The notes beneath the pieces are model-generated. The model had not been told where the DNA came from and ran no database searches. It saw only the letters and a list, made by a program, of their open reading frames with translations. A DNA stretch of 64,000 bases from Eledone cirrhosa (lineage: Eukaryota), in assembly GCA_964016885.1 (NCBI GenBank), contig OZ024763.1:21328001-21392000 (forward strand). The letters run 5' to 3'. The position numbers and the translations under genes are program-made. Positions 1 through 12,931 of this stretch are shown here, piece after piece. The first letter of the stretch is position 1; each line of letters begins with the position of its first letter.

Positions 1-54
1 AGATAGATAGAGAGAGAGAGAGTGTATGTGTGTATGTGTGTGTAGGCATGCAAC

Positions 55-86
<32 letters not shown>

Positions 87-180
87 TGTATGTGTGTATG
101 TGTGTGTAGGCATGCAACAGGGAGATAGATAGATAGAGAGAGAGTGTATGTGTGTATGTGTGTGTAGGCATGCAACAGGG

Positions 181-212
<32 letters not shown>

Positions 213-240
213 TGTATGTGTGTGTAGGCATGCAACAGGG

Positions 241-272
<32 letters not shown>

Positions 273-603
273 TGTATGTGTGTGTAGGCATGCAACAGGG
301 AGATAGATAGATAGAGAGAGAGAGAGTGTATGTGTGTATGTGTGTGTAGGCATGCAACAGGGAGATAGATAGAGAGAGAGAGAGAGAGTGTATGTGTGTG
401 TAGGCATGCAACAGGGAGATAGATAGAGAGAGAGAGAGAGAGAGTGTATGTGTGTATGTGTGTGTAGGCATGCAACAGGGAGATAGATAATAGAGAGAGA
501 GAGAGAGAGAGAGAGTGTATGTGTGTATGTGTGTGTAGGCATGCAACAGGGAGATAGATAGAGAGAGAGAGTGTATGTGTGTATGTGTGTGTAGGCATGC
601 AAC

Positions 604-636
<33 letters not shown>
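1..636. repeat. Compound minisatellite, ~60-bp unit (GTGTATGTGTG...TAGGCATGCAACAGGGAGATAGATAG(AG)n)
   Basis: About 10 copies of the core TAGGCATGCAACAGGGAGATAG separated by variable (AG)n and (TG)n tracts. Confidence 0.95.
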
Positions 637-637
<1 letters not shown>

Positions 638-959
638 TGTATGTGTGTGTGTGTGTTGGAATGCAAAAGGGAGATAGGGAGAAAAAAAGAGAGCCTATGT
701 GTTTGTGTGTAAGTGAGCATGTAAGAATGAGAGGGAGAAAAAACGAGTGTTTAAATGTGTATGTATGTGTGTATGTGTTTATATGTATGTATATGTGTAT
801 ATGTATATGTGTTTATGTATGTCTGTGTTTATATGTATGTATGTGTGTATATATATATGTTTATGTGTATATATGTGTGTATGTGTATGTGTGTGTATGT
901 ATGTGTGTGTGTCTATGTATGTGTATGTATGTGTGTGTGTGTATATATGTATGTGTGTA

Positions 960-990
<31 letters not shown>

Positions 991-1280
991 ATGTCTATAT
1001 ATGTGTATGTATGTATGTATGTATGTGTGTCTATGTATGTGTGTATGTATGTGTGTGCATGTATGTATGTGTGTGTATGTATGTGTGTGTATGTATGTGT
1101 GTGTATGTATGTGTGTGTATGTATATATGTGTGTGTATATATATATATATGTGTGTATGTTTGTATGTGTGTGTCTGTATGTATGTATGTGTCTGTATGT
1201 ATGTAAGTATATATATGTGTATAAGTGTGTATGCATGTATGTATGTATGTGTGTGTGTGTGTATATGTACGTGTGTGTTA
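637..1280. repeat. Degenerate (TG)n/(TATG)n microsatellite
   Basis: Seen directly; source of the spurious C/V/Y/M ORFs. Confidence 0.95.
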
Positions 1281-1504
1281 CGGAAGAAAGGTGAGATGGA
1301 GGGAAGGTGAGTGAAATGGTTTGAAGGTAGAAATGTAATGAAGCATACAATGATAATTCCAACATCTCCATACCATATTAAAAAATATTTTGTAATATTA
1401 TCCCGTGTGTTAATCTTTTGGGTTCAAATCTTGTTATTGGGGTAGGGTGTGGTGGTGGTAATAGTTTTACATTCAATTCATGGTAGATTGTGATGGGAAG
1501 ACTC

Positions 1505-1690
1505 ATTATCATCATGTGTGACCCCACTCAAACATTTCTGACAGAGTTTCTCTCAATGATTCATGATTTTTTATTTATAGTTTCTGGCAACAGCTTCTTA
1601 CTGAGGTTTGTATCTTCTGAAAGTTAATCAATGAATATTTAAACAGGTCTTCCTATACTGTGTTTCTCATCAGTTGGTTCCCACAATATC
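1505..1690 (-). mobile_element. Decayed RTE-clade LINE 3' end
   Basis: Similar to 2185-2345 and 2761-3035; contains a WEPT-encoding segment (TTGGTTCCCACA on +) and a (GAT)-like tail. Confidence 0.6.
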
Positions 1691-1699
1691 ATGTATATA

Positions 1700-2185
1700 G
1701 TGTAGGTGTCATGATAAAATGTGCCCAGTCCACACTGTACAGTGGTCATGTAGGTGTCACGACAAAATGTGCCCAGTCCACATTGTAAAGTAGTCATGTA
1801 GGTGTCACGATAAAATGTGCCCAGTCCACATTGTAAAGTAGTCATGTAGGTGTCACGATAAAATGTGCCCAGTCCACATTGTAAAGTAGTCATGTAGGTG
1901 TCACGATAAAATGTGCCCAGTCCACATTGTAAAGTAGTCGTGTAGGTGTCACGATAAAATGTGCCCAGTCCACATTGTAAAATGGTCGTGTAGGTGTCAC
2001 GATGAAAAGCATCCAGCACATACTGTAAATGTGGTTGGCGTTTGGAAGGGCATCCAGCCGTAGAAACCAAGCCAAAATCAGTTCTGTGTTAGCGAATCAC
2101 GGTCACCCGACCTGATTTCTCACAAACAGAGATCCTGTCCTGCCCATGCTAACATGGAATATGGACGTTAAATAATGATGATGAA
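1700..2185 (+). repeat. 48-bp tandem array (~7 units) running into an RTE/SINE-type 3' tail
   Basis: Unit GTAGGTGTCACGATAAAATGTGCCCAGTCCACATTGTAAAGTAGTCAT, then GGAAGGGCATCCAGCCGTAGAAA...GGACGTTAAA(TGA)n; homologous to the RTE 3'UTR at 10140-10385. Confidence 0.85.
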
Positions 2186-2702
2186 ATCATCATTATCATC
2201 ACTACGACTACAATCTAGCATTCCTGACACAGTTTCTCCACAATTCATGATTTTCCATTGCCCCTGGTAACTGCTCCTTACTGAGGTTTGTATTGTCTGA
2301 GAGCAAGTCTTCCTCTACTGCATCTCCTGTGAGTTGGTTCCCACAAAATAATATATATATATATATATATAAGATGTACGAATAAAACCGTCTCTCTTAT
2401 TCATAATATTGAAACTACGTTTGATACTTTACCGAGAAAATCCTAAGGAATACAAATCATTGAGTGCTTTACGTCTTTTTATAAAAAAGTCGGTGGATTA
2501 TATGATCAACCAACTTTCATCAAATGAATAATATATATATATCATCATCATCATCATCATCATCGATTAACGTCTATCTTCCACGCTAGCATGAGTTAGA
2601 CGGGCTTGTCTCATTTAGAGGCAAGTTGAGCCAGGTGACCATATCTTGCTCATATAGGAGAGTTTTTGGCTGCTTTTCTACGGCTGGATGCCCTTCCTAA
2701 CG

Positions 2703-2760
<58 letters not shown>

Positions 2761-2763
<3 letters not shown>

Positions 2764-3035
2764 TCATCACCATCACTGCGACCACAGTCTACCATTCCTG
2801 ACAAAATCTCTCCACAATTCACAATTCTCTATTTCCCCTGGTAACTACTCCCAACTGAAGTTTGTATAATCTGAGAGTTGATTGATGAATGTTTGGGAAG
2901 GTCTTCTACTTCATCTCCTGTCAGTTGGTTCCCACAATAGTAACTTCTGTACAACTTCCTGTTTACTTCTCCAGCAATGTCCTGCAACTGTCTTTGAGCA
3001 ATTGTAGTCGTTATTTTGGACATGTTTCTGTATAA
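2761..3035 (-). mobile_element. Decayed RTE-clade LINE 3' fragment
   Basis: Minus-strand frames give TIAQRQLQ..AG / EVVQKLLLWEPT / RRPSQTFINQL...WRDFV, matching the RTE ORF2 C-terminus; (GAT)n tail; a shorter copy lies at 2185-2345. Confidence 0.7.
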
Positions 3036-3077
3036 ACTTTCATTTGTAATGGAAATACCAGTAATATACTATTACCA

Positions 3078-3552
3078 CACAGTACACACATACTACAACA
3101 TATACTACAACAATAAACACACACTATAATAACAACATATACTACAACAACAAACACACATACTACAACATATACTACAACAACAAACACACTATAATAA
3201 CATATACTACAACAACAAACACACACATACTACAACAAACACACATACTACAACATATACTACAACAACATACTACAACAACAAACACACATACTACAAC
3301 ATATACTACAACAAACACTATAACAACAACATACTACAACAACAAACACATACTACAACATATACTACAACAACAAACACACATACTACAACATATACTA
3401 CAACAACATACTACAACAACAAACACACATACTACAACATATACTACAACAACAAACACTATAACAACAACATACTACAACAACAAACACACATACTACA
3501 ACATATACTACAACAACAAACGCACACTATAACAACAACACACACATGTACT
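3078..3552. repeat. CAACAA/CATACTA low-complexity tandem repeat
   Basis: Seen directly. Confidence 0.9.
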
Positions 3553-3714
3553 ACAGTATCCACTCTGTTGCTAGCATTTGGACCATGTCTCCAGTTTTAA
3601 GATTCTGTTCTTCATCAACACCCAACAATCCAAGAGGCCCCAGTAAGGGTCATGAGTACTGTTTTTTATCCGGACTAAGCAATAAAAAGAATGACAAAGG
3701 TTCAATACTTTACA

Positions 3715-5720
3715 ATGTCTAATTGTGAAGGGTCTGTATCCCAGATTACACTAGCTAATTGTGAAAGGTTTGTACCCCAGATAACACTAGATAATTACAA
3801 AGGGTCTGTACCCTAGATTATACTAGATAATTATGAAGGGGCTGTAGCTCTAATTACACTAGCTAATTATAAAGGGTCTGTACCCTAGATTACACTAGCT
3901 AATTATAAAGGGTCTGTACCCTAGATTATACTGGATAATTATGAAGGGGCTGTAGCTCTAATTACACTAGCTAATTATAAAGGGTCTGTACCCTAGATTA
4001 CACTAGCTAATTATAAAGGGTCTGTACCCTAGATTACACTAGCTAATTATAAAGGGTCTGTACCCTAGATTATACTGGATAATTATGAAGGGGCTGTAGC
4101 TCTAATTACACTAGCTAATTATAAAGGGTCTGTACCCTAGATTACACTAGCTAATTATAAAGGGTCTGTACCCTAGATTACACTAGCTAATTATAAAGGT
4201 CTGTACCCTAGATTACACTAGCTAATTATAAAGGGTCTGTACCCTAGATTACACTAGCTAATTATAAAGGGTCTGTACCCTAGATTACACTAGCTAATTA
4301 TAAAGGGTCTGTACCCTAGATTACACTAGCTAATTATAAAGGTCTGTACCCTAGATTACACTAGCTAATTATAAAGGGTCTGTACCCTAGATTACACTAG
4401 CTAATTATAAAGGTCTGTACCCTAGATTACACTAGCTAATTATAAAGGGTCTGTACCCTAGATTACACTAGCTAATTATAAAGGGTCTGTACCCTAGATT
4501 ACACTAGCTAATTATAAAGGGTCTGTACCCTAGATTATACTAGATAATTATGAAGGGGCTGTAGCTCTAATTACACTAGCTAATTATAAAGGGTCTGTAC
4601 CCTAGATTACACTAGCTAATTATAAAGGTCTGTACCCTAGATTACACTAGATAATTATGAAGGGGCTGTAGCTATAATTACACTAGCTAATTATAAAGGG
4701 TCTGTACCCTAGATTACACTAGCTAATTATAAAGGGTCTGTACCCTAGATTATACTGGATAATTATGAAGGGGCTGTAGCTCTAATTACACTAGCTAATT
4801 ATAAAGGGTCTGTACCCTAGATTACACTAGCTAATTATAAAGGGTCTGTACCCTAGATTACACTAGCTAATTATAAAGGTCTGTACCCTAGATTACACTA
4901 GCTAATTATAAAGGGTCTGTACCCTAGATTACACTAGCTAATTATAAAGGGTCTGTACCCTAGATTACACTAGCTAATTATAAAGGGTCTGTACCCTAGA
5001 TTACACTAGCTAATTATAAAGGGTCTGTACCCTAGATTACACTAGCTAATTATAAAGGTCTGTACCCTAGATTACACTAGCTAATTATAAAGGGTCTGTA
5101 CCCTAGATTACACTAGCTAATTATAAAGGGTCTGTACCCTAGATTACACTAGCTAATTATAAAGGGTCTGTACCCTAGATTATACTAGATAATTATGAAG
5201 GGGCTGTAGCTCTAATTACACTAGCTAATTATAAAGGGTCTGTACCCTAGATTACACTAGCTAATTATAAAGGTCTGTACCCTAGATTACACTAGATAAT
5301 TATGAAGGGGCTGTAGCTATAATTACACTAGCTAATTATATAGGGTCTGTACCCTAGATTACACTAGCTAATTATAAAGGGCCTGTACCCTAGATTATAC
5401 TAGATAATTATAAAGGGTCTGTACCCTAGATTACACTAGCTAATTATAAAGGGTCTGTACCCTAGATTACACTAGCTAATTATAAAGGGTCTGTACCCTA
5501 GATTATACTAGATAATTATGAAGGGGCTGTAGCTCTAATTACACTAGTGAATTATAAAGGTCTATAACCCAGATTACACTAGCTAATTGTAAAGGGCCTG
5601 TAGTTCTAATTACATTAGCTAATTATGAAGGATCTGTACTCCAGATTGCACTAAGGACCTGTAGCTCTAATTACACTAGCTAATTATAAAGGGGATATAG
5701 CTCTAATTACACTAGCTAAT
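3715..5720. repeat. 36-bp minisatellite (~55 units, two interleaved variants)
   Basis: Major unit AATTATAAAGGGTCTGTACCCTAGATTACACTAGCT; minor unit AATTATGAAGGGGCTGTAGCTCTAATTACACTAGCT; degenerate edges; no spacers. Confidence 0.97.
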
Positions 5721-6039
5721 GGTTCAATATTTTATCAGAGGCAGTTCACCCAATCATTGCCTGTTAGTACTGTTATGTGGGATTTATGGTTTTATCACAA
5801 ATGGTTTGTGTGTTTTTATTGTTAGTAACAGCATTAATATGGCTTGATAAGAAAATATTACTTGTAGCCTAGTGGCATTTATAGTTTGATAGCTTTAGCC
5901 TTTCATGTTTAGGGTAAATCAATACAATATATACTGTAGGGTGTCATATATATGTATATATATATATATGCATGTGTATATGGGTGTATGTTGTATGTAT
6001 ATATATATATTATGTGTGTATGTGTGTGTATATATATAT

Positions 6040-6244
6040 GAAGGCGTGTGGCTGAGTGGTTAGAGAATTGGATATGCGATTGTGAGTTTGATTCCCGGAC
6101 CGGGCGATGCGTTATGTCCTTGAGCAAGACACTTTATTTTATGTTGCTTCTTCTACCTGGGGTTGTGACCGATAGATAGTACTAGCAATTGGAACGACCA
6201 ATGGAAACATTGTTTCCTCGGTCTGATTTGATGAAAGTCGATCA
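6040..6244 (+). mobile_element. tRNA-derived SINE (type A)
   Basis: A-box TGGCTGAGTGG, degenerate B-box GTTTGATTCCC, CORE-like CCTTGAGCAAGACACTT; related copies at 27479-27733 (+), 49560-49890 (-) and 61008-61195 (-). Confidence 0.8.
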
Positions 6245-6526
6245 AAAAGAGAAAAAAAAATATATATATATGCGTGTGTTTGTGCGTGGTTGATATTTGT
6301 GAAATTATGGTTACAGGCAGTTTATTGGTTAAAGCATTCATTGCTGTTATGATGTTCCCTCTCATGCGGGGTTTATACTTCAGTGTACTCCAGGGCTAGG
6401 GCAGCTGTAACGTACTGAGTATGAATACAAGTAGGGAACAATGTTATTTTTACTGAAGGGAAAACTTGTATTTTCTACTATCAGTTCTTAGCTTCATATG
6501 CTTTCAACCTAAATTATCAAAACTGT

Positions 6527-7069
6527 GTAGAGCTGCTACTTCTCTGAATTGAGAGATCACAGCTCTGATACTATGGACATGTGGTTAGAATGTCTCAGGA
6601 AAGAATCACTGGAGAGATATGTAGCTTAGAGATCGGAGAGTCGCTCCAGGTAGAGCTGCTACCTCTCCGAATTGAGAGATCACAGCTCTGATACTATGGA
6701 CATGTGGTTAAAATGTCTCAGGAAAGAATCACTGGAGAGATATGTAGCTTAGAGATTGGAGAGTCGCTCCAGCTAGAGCTGCTACCTCTCCGAATTGAGA
6801 GATCACAGCTCTGATACTATGGAGATGTGGTTAGAATGTCTCGGGAAAGAATCACTGGACAGATGTTATGGGTAAAAACCAACCGACAGGAGATCCAGGG
6901 GTAGACCCCAAGCAAGATGGTTGGACAACATCCATGAGCTTTGCTGGTCATGCTTGGGAGATCCAGTAGGGTCAGTTGGAGAAGGTTGCTACTGGCAGGA
7001 CCTACTGGAAGGAGTGTTTAAGGACTCTGCCTCCATGACCCTCTCAGGAATAAGTGGGCGAAGAAGAAG
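6527..7069 (+). mobile_element. RTE LINE 3' end with an internal 123-bp tandem triplication
   Basis: Units start at 6528, 6651 and 6774 and encode IERSQL.YYGHVVRMSQERITG; followed by RRSRGRPQARWLDNI and a 3'UTR. Confidence 0.8.
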
Positions 7070-7891
7070 TATAATACGAAATTTCCAGTCTACCTTTTCT
7101 TAAATTCCTTCCCCTTTTCTTCAACACTCATTCTCCCCCCCCCCCTTTTTAAATCTTAGTTATGACTCTCCTTAAACAAAATAGAAAAACAAAATGTCTA
7201 ACATTTTTTTATAACCATTTTGAGAAATGAATCACTTGAATTTAAAGTAATATTTTCTGTACATATAAAAATCATTTACCACACACAATTTCGGTTGATT
7301 ATTTCCATTAAAGAATTGTTGGTAAGAAACAAAAAAAAGAGTCGAGAGAGAGAAACAAAACCAATTAGGTTTTTATATGCCCCAAATATTTTTCTCACAT
7401 TCAGCTGAAAAGAAATTGTGCTTCCTTTAAAAATAGAAAAATCATATACCAAATAAATTGATTAATCAGAGTTCAAAGACATGCTTTTAACTTATATTTT
7501 TATTTTAGTTCTCCATTAAAGATGCCTTTCTCCCCTCTCCCCTCACAAGCAGGATGGCCCATTCTCCTATTTTTATATACTATCTGTAATCATTCAACTA
7601 TTTAGCTATTTAGATCCCCTCCACATACACAAGCATTTTCTTTTCATATGAAACAAAATTTAAAAAAAAATTTAAATAGGAAAAGTAATTAAAAAAAAAA
7701 CACAGCAACAAATATTTATACATTTACCACAAAATTTTAGTTCGTACCTTATTAATAACAATTATTAGCTCGTTTAGTTATTCGTTGACTGGTTTTAGGT
7801 ATAAGACTGTGGCCATACTGGGGCACTGTCGTCTTTTACTGATTTCACATACTGGGGCACTGTCGTCTTTTACTGATTTCAGGCATTAGAC

Positions 7892-8299
7892 CAGTGATTC
7901 CCAACATGGGACATATGCCCTATAGGGGAGCAATTTGAATTTTTAAGGGGGCAATTTGAAAATGATGTTAATGAGAACAAACCTCAGGTTTACTTTATTA
8001 CTTTTGCACCAAGGTAACTTTGGTACACATTACTGTCAGAAACTCCTGTCTCACCTCCTCTACACATGTTATTGTGTATCTGGCACCACCTACAGCAAGA
8101 CAACTTTGGTGCACATTACTGTCAGAAACTCCTGTCTCACCTCTTCCATATGTTATTGTGCATTTGGTACCACCTATATGCCAATTTGTTTACAATTTGC
8201 AGTTGATCATTGCTGTTTTCATATCAAATGGGTGGAGAGCATTAACAATATTTGAGATGTTGAGGTGAGGCATTGTGCACAAAAGGTTGGGAACCATTG
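7892..8299. mobile_element. Non-autonomous hAT-type DNA transposon (MITE)
   Basis: TIRs CAGTGATTCCCAAC / GTTGGGAACCATTG (12/14); 8-bp TSD CATTAGAC at 7884-7891 and 8300-8307; internal ~85-bp direct duplication. Confidence 0.9.
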
Positions 8300-8466
8300 C
8301 ATTAGACTGTGGCCATGCTGGTCTTCTGATATGGCTGGTCTCATAACGCGACAACTCATCTAACCCATTCTTTGTGTGAGAAAATGGACGTTAAACAGTG
8401 ATGATGTACATACATATATATACAGTGATGATATACATATATATATATATACACATATACATGTAT

Positions 8467-8614
8467 AGAGTTAGTTCCGGAATAAATTAGTTTAACCATA
8501 CATGAGTTGAAGAATCCTTCTGGTGAAACGTCTGTTCTCAAGTATGGTTTGTTAATCTGTTCTGGAACTAACTTTGTACCAAACTCATCCTTTGGACTGA
8601 TTGCTCTACTAACC
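8467..8614 (+). ncRNA. Minimal type I hammerhead ribozyme at the apex of a long hairpin (PLE/retrozyme-like insert)
   Basis: TGAG-TTGAAGA(8507-8513)-ATC cttct GGT-GAAA(8525-8528)-C gtct G-TT^CTCA; stem I extends through AACCATAC/GTATGGTT and GTTAGTTCCGGAA/TTCTGGAACTAAC. Confidence 0.65.
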
Positions 8615-8637
8615 ATATATATATATATTTATATATA

Positions 8638-10385
8638 ATCAGAGAGCGAATTGATCTAGATGAAATGCAGTTCGGGTTTGTGTCAGGAAAAAGTACCACA
8701 GACGCTCTTTTCATTGTACGACAACTACAGGAGAAGTACCTAGCTAAAAGTAAACCCCTATACTTAGCTTTCGTCGACTTGGAGAAGGCCTTCGACAGAA
8801 TCCCCCGTTCCATTATCTGGTGGGCTCTTAGAAAACTAGGTGTTGATGAATGGCTTGTGAGAGCTATACAAGCCATGTATAAAGAAACAGTCAGCAAGGT
8901 TAGAATTAACAACGAATATAGTGAAGAGTTTAGTGTAAAAGTTGGTGTTCATCAGGGCTCTGTTCTTAGCCCCCTACTATTTATTATTGCCCTCCAGGCT
9001 ATAACAGTGGAGTTCAAGACCGGCTGCCCATGGGAACTCCTATACGCAGATGATCTAACGCTCATAGCTGAATCAATGGCCGAGCTAGAGAAGAAATTCC
9101 AAACATGGAAGCACGGCCTAGAATCAAAAGGCCTTAAAATTAACCTGGCTAAGACTAAAGTTCTAGTTTGTAAGAAAGAAAATAAGGCGGCAGTCCCCTC
9201 CGGGAAGTGGCCATGCGCAGAGTGTAGGAAAGGCGTAGGTAGAAATTCCATTTTGTGTCCCAAATGCAAAGTTTGGGTGTATAAAAGATGTAGTGGGATC
9301 ACAGGTAAGCTAACTAAGAACATAGATTTTACATATGGCCGGTGTTCTGGGGCAATAAGTAGCAGCAAGTGCCCACAAAATACTAGCTCTTTCAACTGCG
9401 CAGAGGGTTCTATAGAAATAGTGGACAGCTTCCGTTACCTGGGTGACAAAATCAGCAGTGGGGGAGGGTGCTCTGAAAGTACAGTAGCTAGAGTCAGAAC
9501 TGGGTGGAAAAAGTTCAGAGAGCTTATACCACTATTAGCCGCTAAAGGGTTCTCCCTAAAAATGAAAGGCAGGCTGTATGATGCCTGCATACAAACAGCA
9601 ATGTTGCATGGCAGTGAGACCTGGGCATTGTGTGCAGAGGATATACGCAGACTAGAGAGAAACGAAGCTTGCATGCTCCGCTGGATGTGTAATAGTAATA
9701 TACGTGAACGACAAAGCATAAACGAACTAAGGAAAAAATTAGAAATAAGAGGGATCAGATGTTGTTTACTAGAGAGAAGGCTACGTTGGTATGGTCACAT
9801 GATGCGCATGAAGGACGATAGCTGTATAACAAAGTGCAGGGCAATAAAGATAGACGGTAGCCACGGAATAGGCAGACCCAGAAAAACCTGGGACGAGCTG
9901 ATAAACTCCGACCTCACACACTTACACCTCACCAAGACAATGTCACTGGACCGAGACCTTTGGCGGTACTCAGTAATAGAGAAGACCCGCCTTACCTAAA
10001 TACAAAGTAAAACCTACTACAGTCAGTAGGCATCTCTAACAAAATACACCCCTGTCCCACCACCCCCACCACATCCACACCGCCCCCTTCTATGTAAAGT
10101 TATGTTGGTGCCACAGCATCCAGTCCGAAACAAATGAGATCGTGTAGGTGTCACGACAAAAAAACACACAGTCCACGCTGTAATGTGGCCGTGTAGGCAA
10201 CACGGTAAAAACCTCCCAGACCCACACTGTGGTTGGTGTTAGGAAGGGCATCCAACTGTAGAAAACCTGCCAGACAGTCCTATGCGAGCAAGACAATCAC
10301 TCTTGCCTCAAGTGGGAAAACCCCCGTCCAAACCCATGCAAGCGTGGAACACGGACGTTAAACGTTGATGATGATGATGATGATA
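8638..10385 (+). mobile_element. 5'-truncated RTE-clade LINE, copy 1
   Basis: RT-encoding ORF, then a 3'UTR and (GAT)n tail; 5' end abuts (TA)n; closely similar to 45332-47096 and 53954-54878. Confidence 0.95.
8665..9999 (+). CDS. RTE ORF2 fragment: reverse transcriptase with inserted PHD-like finger and RTE C-terminus
   Basis: [54 protein letters not shown]; endonuclease lost by 5' truncation. Confidence 0.9.
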   Translation: MQFGFVSGKSTTDALFIVRQLQEKYLAKSKPLYLAFVDLEKAFDRIPRSIIWWALRKLGVDEWLVRAIQAMYKETVSKVRINNEYSEEFSVKVGVHQGSVLSPLLFIIALQAITVEFKTGCPWELLYADDLTLIAESMAELEKKFQTWKHGLESKGLKINLAKTKVLVCKKENKAAVPSGKWPCAECRKGVGRNSILCPKCKVWVYKRCSGITGKLTKNIDFTYGRCSGAISSSKCPQNTSSFNCAEGSIEIVDSFRYLGDKISSGGGCSESTVARVRTGWKKFRELIPLLAAKGFSLKMKGRLYDACIQTAMLHGSETWALCAEDIRRLERNEACMLRWMCNSNIRERQSINELRKKLEIRGIRCCLLERRLRWYGHMMRMKDDSCITKCRAIKIDGSHGIGRPRKTWDELINSDLTHLHLTKTMSLDRDLWRYSVIEKTRLT

Positions 10386-10419
10386 TACAGAAACTGGACA
10401 TTACATTCCATATATACAT

Positions 10420-10749
10420 GGAGGCACATGGCTTAGTGGTTAGAGCATTGACCTTGCAATCGAAAGGTTGTGAGTTCAATTCTCAGACCGGGTGATGTGT
10501 TGTTTCCTTGAGCAAGACACTTTATTTCACATTGCTCCAGTTTACTCAGCTGTAGAAATGAGATGATAGGGACTGGGGTCCTTATCATTCCACAGTAAAG
10601 TGGTCGTGGAGGTGCCACAGCAAAAAAGCACCCAGCACTCACTGTAAATGAGGTTGGTGTTAGGAAGGGCATCCAGCTGTAGAAATCAAGCGAGAATCAG
10701 TTCCTGTCCCACTCTTGCAAGCAGGAAAAAAGCGGATGTAAAATGATGA

Positions 10750-10753
<4 letters not shown>
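10420..10753 (+). mobile_element. Full-length tRNA-derived SINE with RTE-derived 3' tail
   Basis: A-box TGGCTTAGTGG, B-box GTTCAATTC, CORE-like CCTTGAGCAAGACACTT, tail GTTAGGAAGGGCATCCAGCTGTAGAAA...(TGA)n. Confidence 0.88.
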
Positions 10754-10786
<33 letters not shown>

Positions 10787-12424
10787 CTCACATATATATA
10801 TATGCACAGACACACATGTGGTGTATTATTATGGTTGATAAAATTTATTTACAATGTTACATGGCCATTTGTAAATAAGAAGATGAAGTCAAAATTCTGT
10901 TTCTACTTCATCAGACTTGGGCATTTAATGAAAAGTAAGCTAGATTAATATTATTACTATTATTATTACTATTATTTATTAGACAATGGCAGAAAAATAT
11001 GAATGCAGAATCGCAGAAAAATTATCTCTTTCATATGACTGGGATTTATAACGGCACATTTTTTTTTGCTTCACAGTACTTGACTTTTTGGCAAGAAGTT
11101 TTCCTATAGTAGTAAATCATAGACTGACACCAGCTTTGTTCAGTGTACATTTATCTTTTACACATTCTTTGTCCTATGACTAAACATATATACATATATA
11201 TACTTTCTAACATATATATACACTTTCGATTATATATATATATACTTTCTATCATACATATATTGTAATATTATTTGCACAATTCCACTTTGTTACACAT
11301 TCAATTGTATATAATTTATCACATGATTTCACATATTTACATCAGAAAATTCAAGTAAACATTTGTTAAATATATGAATATATATAAATGTATAAATATA
11401 CTTATGAATATATAAATATATATAAATGGAGAGACAGGCCAGTTGGCCACACGGAACCCATCTCACAATGGAGCTATAGTTTAGGAGCTGGGTAGTCCCA
11501 CTATGAGGGAGGTCTAGCCAGTTGGCCTCATTAAGCCTTACACATAGTAGGGTCATGTTACTGGGTGGTCCTCTTATAAGCTAAGTCTAGCCAGTTGGCC
11601 GTGCCATACCTTGCTCAGAGGGAACTATAAATTTGGCCAGGATTTTTACAGTTGGATGCCTTTCCTAACATTCACTGTGGAACTGGATGGCACCATTATG
11701 AGGAGGGACAGGTTAGAGTGCTGTGTTGAACCCTTCTCACAGTGGAGCCATAGTTTGGGAGTTGCAATCACATTTACAGTGTGGAACTGTCACATGTTAT
11801 TTCATTCTCAAAAGCAATTGGTTATAGATTAGGAAGAAATGTATAAAAATATCTGTTTCTGACATAATTCTACTGCTACTGGTCAAGGGTAGTAGCTGGC
11901 TAATAATGACAACAAACAGTTATATTTTCATAAGCTACTCAGTGACTTGCTTCCTTATTGATTAATGCTGTCAGTGAATATCTACAACAGAAAACTGAAT
12001 ATTTTCACTATTTATTTAGAATACATACAATATGCTAATGTTATTAGTAGAGAGAGAAAGGTTGCTTGCACTATTACTGATGCCTAAGAATAAAACTTAA
12101 AAGCAATATTTTCACTAAATGCTTGAATAAATAAATAAATAAATAGATAGATATCTGGAAGTTTGTGGGACAAATATATTTAATAAATTTATAAAATATA
12201 TTGATATTGATGGATGGGAAAAAAAAAAAGATTTAATATATATTGATAGATATCCCCCATGACCCTCAGAAATAAGTGGATGAAGAAAATGAAGAAGATA
12301 TTGATAGATGAAAGAGAAAGAGATAGTAATGTCACCCTCCTTCCCATCATTTTTTTTTCTATAACCCCCAACCCACTACCCCTACTCCATCCTCCCACTT
12401 CCACCAACACCACCCTTTCTCTCT

Positions 12425-12808
12425 AAAGTTATGTTGGTACCACAGAACAACCAGTCTACACTAAAGTGGTCGTGTAGGTATCACGAAAAAAAAGCATCCA
12501 GTCTACGCTGTAAAGTGGTCATGTAGGAGACACGGTAAAAAGGCACCCAGTCCATACTGTAAAGTGGTCGTGTAGGTGTCATGACAAAAGGCACCCAGTC
12601 CACACTGTAAAGTGGTCGTGTAGGAGACATGTAAATATGGTTGGTGTTAGGAAGGGCATCCAGCCGTAGAAAACCTGCCAGAAACAGTCTTATATGAGTG
12701 AGACACGATCACCCGACCAATCTTGCATCAAGTGGGACAATTCCCGTCTAATCCATGCTAGCGTGGAAGAAAGACGTTAAACAATGATGATGATGATGAT
12801 GATGATGT
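12425..12808 (+). mobile_element. RTE/SINE 3' tail with ~4 copies of the 48-bp unit
   Basis: AAAGTTATGTTGGT start as in the RTE 3'UTR, repeated CCAGTCCACACTGTAAAGTGGTCGTGTAGG, (GAT)n end. Confidence 0.8.
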
Positions 12809-12931
12809 TTCATGACCATTTTTATTCTTTTGTTTTTGATGTTGTCAAGGTAGGAGAGGTTTAGACTCCTCCTCCCCTTCTTTCTACTTTCTCCCACTTT
12901 TAGCAAATTCTTATGTCAATTCTAATATATA

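Noticed and set aside
637-1371. Cys/Val-rich ORFs
   Set aside because: (TG)n/(TATG)n microsatellite read-through
1639-2070. Protein with 16-aa repeats (also 17378-17824 and 25287-25900)
   Set aside because: 48-bp minisatellite derived from an RTE/SINE 3'UTR, read antisense
2829-3023. 64-aa host-gene-like ORF
   Set aside because: Frameshifted RTE C-terminus (LLLWEPT motif in the adjacent frame)
3715-5720. CRISPR array (36-bp repeats with dyad symmetry)
   Set aside because: Units are contiguous with no unique spacers, there are no cas genes, and the context is eukaryotic
10420-10495. tRNA gene (also 6040, 27479 and 33002)
   Set aside because: Only A/B boxes; no complete cloverleaf or terminator, and the sequence continues into SINE bodies
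11310-11352. HHR-like motif on the minus strand (CTGATGT...GAAATCATGTGATA)
   Set aside because: Core mismatch and poor stems I and II; compatible with chance in AT-rich DNA
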